DNA of 64,000 bases, from positions 2,232,001 to 2,296,000 of the forward strand of contig JBNRSN020000089.1 in NCBI GenBank assembly GCA_051313645.2, given 5' to 3'. The stretch is from Centroscyllium fabricii. Taxonomy: Eukaryota. The notes beneath the pieces are model-generated. The model did no database searches. It was not told the origin of the DNA and worked only from the letters and a program-made list of their open reading frames with translations. Both the position numbers and the translations under genes were made by a program. Below are positions 43,700 to 59,225 of this stretch, piece after piece; the first letter of the stretch is position 1, and the number at the start of each line of letters is the position of its first letter.

Positions 43700-46600
43700 A
43701 TCTGTGTACAATACATCAGACAATGTCCATCTGTACAATACATCAAACAATATCCACCTGTGTACAATACATCAGACAATGTCCATCTGTCAACAATACA
43801 TCAGATAATGTCCAACTGTGAACAATATATCAGACAATGTCCATCTATGTACAAAACATCAGACATTATCCATCTTGTGTACAATAAATCAGACAATCTC
43901 CATCTGTGTAAAATACATCAGACAATGTCCATCTGTGTACAATACATCAGACAATGGCCATCTGTGTACTATACATCAGACAATGTCCATCTGTGAACAA
44001 TACATCAGACAATATCCATCTGTGTACATTATATCAGATAATATCCATCTGTGTACAATACATCAGACAATGACCATCTGTGAACAATACATCTGACAAT
44101 GTCCATCTGTGAACAATACATCAGACAATATCCATCTGTGTACAATACATCAGACAATGTCCATCTGTGTACAATACATCAGACAATGTCCATCTCTGTA
44201 CAATACATCAGACAATGTCCATCTGTGAACCATACATCAGATATTGTCCATCTGTGTACAATACATGCGACATTATCCATCTGTGTACAATACATCAGAC
44301 AATGCCCATCTGTGAACAATACATTGGACAATGTCCATCTGTGAACAATAAATCAGACATTATCCATCTGTGTACAATACACCAGACATTGTCCATCTGT
44401 GAACAATACATCAGACGATATCCATCTGTGTACAATACATCAGACAATACCCATCTGTGCACAATACATCAGACAATATCCATCTGTGTACAATACATCA
44501 GAAAATATCCATCTTTGTACAATACATCATATATTGTCCCTCTGTGAACAATACACCAGACATTATCCATCTGTGTACAATACATGAGACAATGTCCATC
44601 TGTGAACAATACATCAGACAATGTCCATCTTGTGGACAATACATCATACAATATCCATCTGTGTACAATATATCAGACAATATCCATCTATGAACTGTAC
44701 ATCAGACAATGTCCATCTGTGTACAATACATCAGACAATATCCATCTGTGAACAATACATCAGACAATATCCATCTGTGTACAATACATCAGACAATATC
44801 CATCTGTGTACAATATATCAGACAATGTCCATCTGTGTACAATACATCAGACAATATCCATCTCTGAACAATACATCAGACAATATAAATCTGTGTACAA
44901 TACATCAGACAATATCCATCTGTGTACAATACATCAGACATTGTCCATCTGTGAACAGTAAATCAGACATTATCCATCTATGAACAATATATCAGAGAAT
45001 GTCCATCTGTGAACAATACATCAGATAATGTCTCTCTGCGTACAATACATCAGAAAATGTCAATCTTGTGTCCAATACATCAGACAATTTCCATCTGTGT
45101 ACAATAAATCAGACAATGTCTATCTGTGAACAATACATCAGACAATGTCCATCTGTGTACAATACATCTCACAATGTCCATCTGTGTACAATACATCAGA
45201 CAATGTCCATCTTGTGTACAATACATCAGACAATGTCCATTTGTGTACAATACATCAGACAATGTCTATCTGCGTACAATAATTCAGACAATGTCCATCT
45301 GTGTACAATACATCAGACAATGTCCATCTATGAACAATACATCAGACAATGTCCATCTTGTGTACAATACATCAGTCAATGTCCATCTGTGTAAAGTACA
45401 TAAGACAATATCCATCTGTGTACAATACATGAGACATTATCCATCTGTGTACAATTCATCAGACAATGATCATCTATGTACAATACATCAGACAATGTCC
45501 ATCTGTCTACAATACATCAGACAATATCCATCTATGAACAAAACATCAGACAATGTCCATCTGTGAACAATACATTAGACAATATCCATCTGTGAACAAT
45601 ACATCAGACATTATCCAACTGTGTACAATACATCAGACATTGTCCATCTGTGAACAATACATCAGACATTATCCATCTGTGTACAATACATCAGACAATA
45701 TCCATCTGTGTACAATACTTCAGACAATATCCATCTGTGTACAATACATCAGACAATATCCATCTTTGTACAATACATCAGATATAGTCCAACTGTGAAC
45801 AATACATCAGACATTATCCATCTGAGTACAATACATGAGACAATGTCCAGCTGTGAACAATACATCAGACAATAACCTTTTTGTGTACAATACATCATAC
45901 AATATCCATCTGTGTACAATACATCAGACAATATCCATCTGTAAACAATATATCAGGCAATGCCCATCTGTGTACAATACATCAGACATTATCCATCTGT
46001 GTACAATACATCAGACAATGTTCATCTGTATACAATACATCAGACATTGTGCATCTGTGAACAATAAAGCAGACATTATCCATTTGTGAACAATACATCA
46101 GACAATATCCATCTCTGTACAATACATCAGACAATATGCATCTGTGTACAATACATCAGACAATATCCATCTGTGTACAATACATCAGACAATGTCCAAC
46201 TGTGTACAATACATCAGGCAATGTCCATCTGTGAACAATACATCTGAAAAAATCCATCTGTGTACAATATATCAGACAATGTCCATCTGTGTACAATACA
46301 TCAGAAAATGTCTATCTGTGAACAATATTTCAGACAATGTCCATCTGTGTACAATACATCAGAAAATGTCCATCTGTGAACAATACATCAGACAATGTCC
46401 ATCTGTGTAAAATACATCAGACACTGTCCATCTTGTGTACAATACACCAGACAATGTCCATCTGCGAACAATACATCAGACAATATCCATCTGTGAACAA
46501 TACTTCAGACAAAGTCCATCTATGAACAATACATCAGACAATGTCCATCTGTGAACAATACATCAGACATTATCCATCTATGAACAATACATCAGAGAAT

Positions 46601-49600
46601 ATCCATCTGTGAACAATACATCAGACAATGTCCCTCTGTGTACAATACATCAGACAATGTCCATCTTGTGTACAATAGATCAGACAATGTTCATCTGTGT
46701 ACAATACATCAGACAATGTCTATCTGTGAACAATTTATAAGTCAATATCCATCTGCGAACAATACATCAGACAATATCCATCTCTGTACAATACATCAGA
46801 CAATGTCCATCTGTACAATACATCAAACAATATCCACCTGTGTACAATACATCAGGCAATGTCCATCTGTGAACAATACATCTGAAAAAATCCATCTGTG
46901 TACAATATATCAGACAATGTCCATCTGTGTACAATACATCAGAAAATGTCTATCTGTGAACAATATTTCAGACAATGTCCATCTGTGTACAATACATCAG
47001 ACAATGTCCATCTGTGAACAATACATCAGACAATGTCCATCTGTGTAAAATACATCAGACACTGTCCATCTTGTGTACAATACACCAGACAATGTCCATC
47101 TGCGAACAATACATCAGACAATATCCATCTGCGAACAATACATCAGACAATATCCATCTGTGTACAATACATCAGACAATGTCCATCTGTACAATACATC
47201 AAACAATATCCACCTGTGTACAATACATCAGACAATGTCCATCTGTGAACAATACATCAGACAATGTCCATCTGTGAACAATATATCAGACAATGTCCAT
47301 CTATGTACAATACATCAGACATTATCCATCTTGTGTACAATAAATCAGGCAATCTCCATCTGTGTAAAATACATCAGACAATGTCCATCTGTGTACAATA
47401 CATCAGACAATGTCCATCTGTGTACAATACATCAGACAATGTCCATCTGTGAACAATACATCAGACAATATCCATCTGTGTACATTATTTCAGATAATAT
47501 CCATCTGTGTACAATACATCAGACAATGACCATCTGTGAACAATACATCTGACAATGTCCATCTGTGAACAATACATCAGACAATATCCATCTGTGTACA
47601 ATACATCAGACAATGTCCATCTGTGTACAATATATCAGACAATGGCCAACTCTGTACAATACATCGGACAATGTCCATCTGTGAACCATACATCAGACAT
47701 TGTCCATCTGTGTACAATACATGCGACATTATCCATCTGTGTACAATACATCAGACAATTTCCATCTGTGAACAATACATTAGACAATGTCCATCTGTGA
47801 GCAATACATCAGACATTATCCATCTGTGCACAATATATCAGACATTGTCCATCTGTGAACAGTACATCAGACGATATCCATCTGTGTACAATACATCAGA
47901 CAATACCCATCTGTGCACAATACATCAGATAATGTCCATCTGTGTACAATACATCAGAAAATATTCACCTTTGTACAATACATCAGATATTGTCCCTCTG
48001 TGAACAATACATCAGACATTATCCATCTGTGTACAATACATGAGACAATGTCCATCTGTGAACAATACATCAGACAATGTCCATCTTGTGTACAATACAT
48101 CATACAATATCCATCTGTGTACAATATATCAGACAATTTCCATCTATGAACTATACATCAGACAATGTCCATCTGTGTACAATACATCAGACAATATCCA
48201 TCTGTGAACAATACATCAGACAATATCCATCTGTGTACAATACATCAGACAATATCCATCTGTGTACAATATATCAGACAATGTCCATCTGTGTACAATA
48301 CATCAGACAATATCCATCTGTGAACAAGACATCAGACAATATCCATCTGTGTACAATACATCAGACAATGTCCATCTGTGTACAATATATCAGACAATAT
48401 CCATCTGTGAACAATACATCAGACAATATAAATCTGTCTACAATACATCAGACAATATCCATCTGTGTACAATACATCAGACATTGTCCATCTGTGAACA
48501 GTAAATCAGACATTATCCATCTATGAACAATACATCAGAGAATGTCCATCTGTGAGCAATACATCAGACAATGTCCCTCTGTGTACAATACATCAGACAA
48601 TGTCCATCTTGTGTACAATACATCAGTCAATTTCCATCTGTGTACAATAAATCAGACAATGTCTATCTGTGAACAATACATGAGAAAATGACCATCTGTG
48701 TACAATACATCTCACAATGTCCATCTGTGTACAATACATCAGACAATGTCCATCTTGTGTACAATACATCAGACAATGTCCATCTGTGTACAATACATCA
48801 GACAATGTCCATCTGTGTACAATACATCAGACAATGTCTATCTGCGTACAATAATTCAGACAATGTCCATCTGTGTACAATACATCAGACAATGTCCATC
48901 TATGAACAATACATCAGACAATGTCCATCTTGTGTACAATACATCAGACAATGTCCATCTGTATAAAGTACATAAGACAATATCCATCTGTGTACAATAC
49001 ATGAGACATTATCCATCTGTGTACAATACATCAGACAATTTCAATCTGTGCACAATTCATCAGACAATGATCATCTATGTACAATACATCAGACAATGTC
49101 CATCTGTGTACAATACATCAGACAATATCCATCTATGAACAAAACATCAGACAATGTCCGTCTCTGTACAATACTTCAGAAAATTTTCCATCTGTGAACA
49201 ATACATCAGACATTATCCATCATTGTACAATACATCAGAAAATGTCCATTTGTGTACAATACATCAGACAATATCCATCTGTGTACAATACATCAGACAA
49301 TGTCCATCTGTGGACAATACATCAGACAATATCCATCTGTGTACAATATATCAGACAATGTCCATCTGTGTACAACACATCCGAAAATGTCCATCTGTGT
49401 ACAATACATCAGACATTATCTATCTGTGTACAATACATCACAAAATGTCCATCTGTATACAATACATCAGACATTATCCATCTGTGAACTTACATCAGAC
49501 ATTATCCATTTGTGAACAATACATCAGACAATATCCATCTGTGTGCAATACATCAGACTATGTCTATCTGTGTACAATACATCAGACAAAGCCCATGTGT

Positions 49601-52600
49601 ACGGTACATCAGACAATGTCCATCTATTAACAATACATCAGACAATATCCATCTGTGTACAAAACGTCAGACAATATCCATCTGTGAAAAATACATCAGA
49701 AAATTTCCAACTGTGTACAATACTTCAGACAATGTCTGTCTGTGTACAATACATCACAATATCCATCTGTGTACAATACATCAGACAATGTCCATCTGTG
49801 TACAATACATCAGAAAATGTCCATCTGTACAGTACATCAGACAATGTCCATCTGTGAAGAATACACCAGACAATATCCATCCGTGTACAATACATCAGAA
49901 AATATCCATCTATGAACAATACATCAGACAATGTCCAATCTGTGTACAATACATCAGACAATGTCCATCTGTGTACAATACATCAGACAATGTCAATCTG
50001 TGTACAATACATCAGACAATGTCCATCTGTGAACAATAGGTCAGACATTATCCATCTGTGAACAATACATCAGACAATATCCATCTGTGTACAATATATC
50101 AGACATTATTCATGTGTGAACAATATATCAGACAATATCCATCAGTGAACAATACATCAGACAATGTCCATCTGTGTACAATACATCAGCCAATCCCAAC
50201 TGTGTACAATACATCAGACAATGTCCATCTGTGAACAATACATCAGACAATGTCCCTCTGTGTACAATACATGAGATATTATCCATCAGTGTACAATACA
50301 TCAGACAATGTCCATCTGTGAACAATACATCAGACAATATCCATCTGTGTACATTATATCAGATAATATCCATCTGTGTACAATACATCAGAAAATGACC
50401 ATCTGTGAACAATACATCTGACAATGTCCATCTGTGAACAATACATCAGACAATATCTATCTGTGTACAATACATCAGACAATGTCCATCTCTGTACAAT
50501 ACAACAGACAATGTCCATCTGTGAACAATACATCAGACATTGTCCATCTGTGTACAATACATGAGACATTATCCATCTGTGTACAATACATCAGACAATG
50601 TCAATCTGTGAACAATACATTAGACAATGTCCATCTGTGAACAATACATCAGACATTATCCATCTGTGTACAATACATCAGACATTATCCATCTGTGAAC
50701 AATTAATCAGACGATATCCATCTGTGTACAATACATCAGACAATACCCATCTGTGCACAATACATCAGACAATATCCATCTGTGTACAATACATCAGACA
50801 ATATCCATCTTTTTACAATACATCAGATATTGTCCATCTGTGAACAATACATCAGACATTATCCATCTGTGTACAATACATGAGACAATGTCCATCTGTG
50901 AACAATACATCAGACAATGTCCATCTTGTGTACAATACATCATAAAATATCCATCTGTTTACAATACATCAGACAATATCCATCTATGAACTATACATCA
51001 GACAATGTCCATCTGTGTACAATACATCAGACAATATCCATCTGTGAACAATACATCAGACAATATCCATCTGTGTACAATACATCAGACAATATCCATC
51101 TGTGTACAATACATCAGACAATGTCACTTTGTGTACAATACATCAGAGAATATCCATCTGTGAACAAGTCATCAGACAATATCCATCTGTGTACATTACA
51201 TCAGACAATGTCCATCTGTGTACAATATATCAGACAATATCCATCTGTGAACAATACATCAGACAATATAAATCTGTGTACAGTACATCAGACAATATCC
51301 ATCTGTGTACAATACATCAGACATTGTCCATCTGTGAACAGTAAATCAGACATTATCCATCTATGAACAATACATCAGTGAATGTCCATCTGTGAACAAT
51401 AAATCAGACAATCTCCCTCTGTGTACAATACATCAGACAATGTCCATCTTGTGTACAATACATCAGACAATTTCCATCTGTGTACAATAAATCAGACAAT
51501 GTCTATCTGTGAACAATACATCAGAAAATGTCCATCTGTGTACAATACATTTCACAATGTCCATCTGTGTACAATACATCAGACAATGTCCATCATGTGT
51601 ACAATGCATCAGACAATGTCCAACTGTGTACAATACATCAGACAATGTCCATCGGTGCACAATACATCAGACAATGTCTATCTGCGTACAATAAATCAGA
51701 CAATGTCCGTCTGTGTACTATACATCAGACAATGTCCATCTATGAACAATACATCTGACAATATCCATCTTGTGTACAATACATCAGACAATGTCCATCT
51801 GTGTAAAGTACATAAGACAAAATCCATCTGTGTACAATAAATGAGACATTATCCATCTGTGTACAATACATCAGACAATTTCCATCTGTGTACAATTCAT
51901 CAGACAATGATCATATATGTACAATACATCAGACAATGTCCATCTGTGTACAATACATCAGACAATGTCTATCTGCGTACAATAAATCAGACAATGTCCA
52001 TCTGTGTACAATACATCAGACAATGTCCATCTATGAACAATACATCAGACAATGTCCATCTTGTGTACAATACATCAGACAATGTCCATCTGTGTGAAGT
52101 ACATAAGACAATATCCATCTGTGTACAATACATGAGATATTATCCATCTGTGTACAATACATCAGACAATTTCCATCTGTGCACAATTCATCAGACAATG
52201 ATCATCTATGTACAATACATCAGACAATGTCCATCTGTGTACAATACATCAGACAATATCCATCTATGAACAAAACATCAGACAATGTCCGTCTCTGTAC
52301 AATACTTCAGAAAATGTTCCATCTGTGAACAATACATCAGACATTATCCATCTTTGTACAATACATCAGAAAATGTCCATTTGTGTACAATACATCAGAC
52401 AATATCCATCTGTGTACAATACATCAGACAATGTCCATCTGTGGACAATACATCAGACAATATCCATCTGTGTACAATATATCAGACAATGTCCATCTGT
52501 GTACAACACATCCGAAAATGTCCATCTGTGTACAATACATCAGACATTATCTATCTGTGTACAATACATCACAAAATGTCCATCTGTATACAATACATCA

Positions 52601-53230
52601 GACATTATCCATCTGTGAACTTACATCAGACATTATCCATTTGTGAACAATACATCAGACAATATCCATCTGTGTGCAATACATCAGACTATGTCTATCT
52701 GTGTACAATGCATCAGACAATGCCCATGTGTACGGTACATCAGACAATGTCCATCTATGAACAATACATCAGACAATATCCATCTGTGTACAAAACGTCA
52801 GACAATATCCATCTGTGAAAAATACATCAGAAAATTTCCATCTGTGTACAATACTTCAGACAATGTCCATCTGTGTACAATACATCAGACAATATCCATC
52901 TGTGTACAATACATCAGACAATGTCCATCTGTGTACAATACATCAGAAAATGTCCATCTGTACAGTACATCAGACAATGTCCATCTGTGAAGTATACATC
53001 AGACAATATCCATCCGTGTAAAATACATCAGAAAATATCCATCTATGAACAATACATCAGACAATGTCCAATCTGTGTACAATACATCAGACAATGTCCA
53101 TCTGTGTACAATACATCAGACAATGTCAATCTGTGTACAATACATCAGACAATGTCCATCTGTGAACAATAGGTCAGAAATTATCCATCTGTGAACAATA
53201 CATCAGACAATATCCATCTGTGTACAATAC
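43700..53230. repeat. Overlapping diverged block duplications with offsets ~3456, 2840/3131 and 638 bp
   Basis: ORF pairs 44099/47555 and 44621/48077 (3456); 48077/50917 and 48688/51528 (2840); 49077/52208 and 49512/52643 (3131); 46337/46975 (638). Boundaries are approximate. Confidence 0.75.
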
Positions 53231-56200
53231 ATCAGACATTATTCATGTGTGAACAATATATCAGACAATATCCATCTGTGAACAATACATCAGACAATGT
53301 CCATCTGTGTACAATAAATCAGCCAATACCCATCTGTGTACAATATATCAGACAATGTCCATCTGTGAACAATACATCAGACAATGTCCCTCTGTGTACA
53401 ATACATGAGACATTATCCATCAGTGTACAATATATCAGACAATGTCCAGCTGTGAACAATACATCAGACAATATCCATCTGTGTACATTATATCAGATAA
53501 TATCCATCTGTGTACAATAAATCAGACAATGACCATCTGTGAACAATACATCAGAAAATGTCCATCTGTGAACAATACATCAGACAATATCCATCTGTGT
53601 ACAATACATCAGACAAAGTCCATCTGTGTACAATACATCAGACAATATCCATCTGTGTACAATATATCAGACAATCTCCACCTGTGTACAACACATCAGA
53701 CAATGTTCATCTGTGTACAATACATCAGATATTATCCATCTGTGTACAATACATCACAAAATGTCCATCTGTGTACAATACATCAGACATTATCCATCTG
53801 TGAAATTACATCAGACATTATCCATTTGCGAACAATACATCAGACAATATCCATCTGTGTGCAATACATCAGACTATGTCCAACTGTGTACAATACATCA
53901 GACAATGCTCATGTGTACGGTACATCAGACAATGTCCATCTATGAACAATACATCAGACAATATCCATCTGTGTACAAAACATCAGACAATATCAATCTG
54001 TGAACAATACATCAGAAAATGTCCATCTGTGTACAATACTTCAGACAATATCAATCTGTGTACAATACATCAGACAATATCCATCTGTGTACAATACATC
54101 AGACAATGTCCATCTGTGTACAATACATGAGACAATGTCCATCTGTACAGTACATGAGACAATGTCCATCTGTGAACAATACATCAGTCAATATCCATCC
54201 TTGTACAATACATCAGACAATATCCATCTATGAACAATATATCAGACAATGTACAATCTGTGTACAATACATCAGACAATGTCCATCAGTGTACAATACA
54301 TCAGACAATGTCAATCTGTGTACAATACATCAGACAATGTCCATCTGTGAACAATAGGTCAGACATTATCCATCTGTGAACAATATATCAGACAATATCC
54401 ATCTGTGAACAATACATCAGACAATGTACATCTGTGCACAATACATCAGCCAATACCCATCTGTGTACAATACATCAGACAATGTGCATCTGTGAAGAAT
54501 ACATCAGACAATGTCCCTCTGTGTACAATACATGAGACATTATCCATCAGTGTACAATACATCAGACAATGTCCATCTGTGAACAATACATTAGACAATG
54601 TCCATCTGTGAACAATACATCAGACATTATCCATCTGTGTACAATACATCAGACATTGTCCATCTGTGAACAATACATCTGATATTATCCATCTGTGTAC
54701 CATACATCAGACAATGTCCATCTGTGAACAATAGGTCAGAAATTATCCATCTGTGAACAATACATCAGACAATATCCATCTGTGTACAATACATCAGACA
54801 TTATTCATGTGTGAACAATATATCAGACAATATCCATCTGTGAACAATACATCAGACAATGTCCATCTGTGTACAATAAATCAGCCAATACCCATCTGTG
54901 TACAATATATCAGACAATGTCCATCTGTGAACAATACATCAGACAATGTCCCTCTGTGTACAATACATGAGACATTATCCATCAGTGTACAATACATCAG
55001 ACAATGTCCAGCTGTGAACAATACATCAGACAATATCCATCTGTGTACATTATATCAGATAATATCCATCTGTGTACAATACATCAGACAATGACCATCT
55101 GTGAACAATACATCAGAAAATGTCCATCTGTGAACAATACATCAGACAATATCCATCTGTGTACAATACATCAGACAAAGTCCATCTGTGTACAATACAT
55201 CAGACAATATCCATCTGTGTACAATATATCAGACAATCTCCACCTGTGTACAACACATCAGACAATGTTCATCTGTGTACAATACATCAGATATTATCCA
55301 TCTGTGTACAATACATCACAAAATGTCCATCTGTGTACAATACATCAGACATTATCCATCTGTGAAATTACATCAGACATTATCCATTTGCGAACAATAC
55401 ATCAGACAATATCCATCTGTGTGCAATACATCAGACTATGTCCAACTGTGTACAATACATCAGACAATGCTCATGTGTACGGTACATCAGACAATGTCCA
55501 TCTATGAACAATACATCAGACAATATCCATCTGTGTACAAAACATCAGACAATATCAATCTGTGAACAATACATCAGAAAATGTCCATCTGTGTACAATA
55601 CTTCAGACAATATCAATCTGTGTACAATACATCAGACAATATCCATCTGTGTACAATACATCAGACAATGTCCATCTGTGTACAATACATGAGACAATGT
55701 CCATCTGTACAGTACATGAGACAATGTCCATCTGTGAACAATACATCAGTCAATATCCATCCTTGTACAATACATCAGACAATATCCATCTATGAACAAT
55801 ACATCAGACAATGTACAATCTGTGTACAATACATCAGACAATGTCCATCAGTGTACAATACATCAGACAATGTCAATCTGTGTACAATACATCAGACAAT
55901 GTCCATCTGTGAACAATAGGTCAGACATTATCCATCTGTGAACAATATATCAGACAATATCCATCTGTGAACAATACATCAGACAATGTACATCTGTGCA
56001 CAATACATCAGCCAATACCCATCTGTGTACAATACATCAGACAATGTGCATCTGTGAAGAATACATCAGACAATGTCCCTCTGTGTACAATACATGAGAC
56101 ATTATCCATCAGTGTACAATACATCAGACAATGTCCATCTGTGAACAATACATTAGACAATGTCGATCTGTGAACAATACATCAGACATTATCCATCTGT

Positions 56201-57835
56201 GTACAATACATCAGACATTGTCCATCTGTGAACAATACATCTGATATTATCCATCTGTGTACAATACATCAGACAATGTCCATCTGTGGACAATAGGTCA
56301 GAAATTATCCATCTGTGAACAATACATCAGACAATATCCATCTGTGTACAATACATCAGACATTATTCATGTGTGAACAATATATCAGACAATATCCATC
56401 TGTGAACAATACATCAGACAATGTCCATCTGTGTACAATAAATCAGCCAATACCCATCTGTGTACAATATATCAGACAATGTCCATCTGTGAACAATACA
56501 TCAGACAATGTCCCTCTGTGTACAATACATGAGACATTATCCATCAGTGTACAATACATCAGACAATGTCCAGCTGTGAACAATACATCAGACAATATCC
56601 ATCTGTGTACATTATATCAGATAATATCCATCTGTGTACAATACATCAGACAATGACCATCTGTGAACAATACATCAGAAAATGTCCATCTGTGAACAAT
56701 ACATCAGACAATATCCATCTGTGTACAATACATCAGACAAAGTCCATCTGTGTACAATACATCAGACAATATCCATCTGTGTACAATATATCAGACAATC
56801 TCCATCTGTGTACAACACATCAGACAATGTTCATCTGTGTTCAATACATCAGATATTATCCATCTGTGTACAATACATCACAACATGTCCATCTGTGTAC
56901 AATACATCAGACATTATCCATCTGTGAAATTACATCAGACATTATCCATTTGCGAACAATACATCAGACAATATCCATCTGTGTGCAATACATCAGACTA
57001 TGTCCAACTGTGTACAATACATCAGACAATGCTCATGTGTACGGTACATCAGACAATGTCCATCTATGAACAATACATCAGACAATATCCATCTGTGTAC
57101 AAAACATCAGACAATATCAATCTGTGAACTATACATCAGAAAATGTCCATCTGTGTACAATACTTCAGACAATATCAATCTGTGTACAATACATCAGACA
57201 ATATCCATCTGTGTACAATACATCAGACAATGTCCATCTGTGTACAATACATGAGACAATGTCCATCTGTACAGTACATGAGACAATGTCCATCTGTGAA
57301 CAATACATCAGACAATATCCATCCTTGTACAATACATCAGACAATATCCATCTATGAACAATACATCAGACAATGTCCAATCTGTGTACAATACATCAGA
57401 CAATGTCCATCAGTGTACAATACATCAGACAATGTCAATCTGTGTACAATACATCAGACAATGTCCATCTGTGAACAATAGGTCAGACATTATCCATCTG
57501 TGAACAATACATCAGACAATATCCATCTGTGAACAATACATCAGACAATGTCCATCTGTGTACAATACATCAGCCAATACCCATCTATTTACAATACATC
57601 AGACAATGTGCATCTGTGAAGAATACATCAGACAATGTCCCTCTGTGTACAATACATGAGACATTATCCATCAGTGTACAATACATCAGACAATGTCCAT
57701 CTGTGAACAATACATTAGACAATGTCCATCTGTGAACAATACATCAGACATTATCCATCTGTGTACAATAAATCAGACATTGTCCATCTGTGAACAATAC
57801 ATCTGATATTATCCATCTGTGTACAATACATCAGA
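53150..57835. repeat. 1562-bp (~54-monomer) higher-order repeat, three tandem copies
   Basis: Near-identical translations at 53191/54753/56315, 53442/55004/56566 and 54405/55967/57529. Confidence 0.93.
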
Positions 57836-59225
57836 CAATATCCATCTGTGTACAATACATCAGACAATATCCATCTGTGTACAATACATCAGACAATATC
57901 CATATTTGTACAATACATCAGATATTGTCCAACTGTGAACAATACATCTGACATTATCCATCTGTGTACAATACATGAGACAATGTCCATCTGTGAACAA
58001 TACATCAGACAATGTCCATCTTGTGTACAATACATCATACAATATCCATCTGTGTAGAATACATCAGACAATATCCATCTGTGTACAATACATCAGGCAA
58101 TTTCCATCTGTGTACAATACATCAGACATTATCCATCTGTGTACAATACATCAGACAATGTCCATCTGTATACAATACATCAGACATTGTGCATATTTGA
58201 ACAATACAGCAGACATTATCCATTTGTGTACAATACATCAGACAATATCCATCTCTGTACAATACATCAGACAATATGCATAGTGTACAATACATCAGAC
58301 AATATCCATCTGTGTACAATATATCAGGCAATGTACATCTGTGAACCATACATCAGAAAAAATCCATCTGTTTACAATATATCAGACAAGGTCCATCTGT
58401 GTAAAATACATCAGACAATGTCTATCGGTGAACAATACTTCAGACAATGTCTATCTGTGTACAATACATCAGACAATGTCCATCTGTGAACAATACATCA
58501 GACAATGTCCATCTGTGTATAATACATCAGACACTGTCCATCTTGTGTACAATACACCAGACAATGTCCATCTGTGAACAATATATAAGACAATATCCAT
58601 CTGTGAACAATAATTCAGACAAAGTCCATCTATGAACAATACATCAGACAATGTCCACCTGTGTACAATACATCAGACAATATACATCTGTGAACAATAC
58701 ATCAGACAATATCCATCTGTGTACACTACATCAGACAATATCCATCTGTGTACAATACATCAGACAATGTCCATCTGTGTACAATACATCAGGAAATATC
58801 CATCTGTGAACAATACATCAGACAATATCCACCTGTGTACAATACATCAGACAATATCAATCTGTGTACAATACATCAAACAATGTCCATCTGTGAACAA
58901 TAAATCAGACATTATCCATCTATGAACAATACATCAGACAACATCCATCTGTGAACAATAAATCAGACAATGTCCCTCTGTGTACAATACATCAGACAAT
59001 GTCCATCTTGTGTACAATACATCAGACAATGTCCATCTGTGTACAATACATCGGACAATGTCTATCTGTGAAAAATACATCAGACAATGTCCATCTGTGT
59101 ACAATACATCAGACAATGTCCATCTGTGTACAATACATCAGACAATGTCCATCTTGTGTAGAATAAATCAGACAATGTCCATCTGTGTACAATACATCAG
59201 ACAATGTCCAGCTGTGTACAATATA

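Larger units (their letters stand above)
41257..59225. repeat. 29-bp satellite array, segment 4
   Basis: Same monomer and orientation; more rare variants and indel monomers than in segment 1. Confidence 0.99.
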
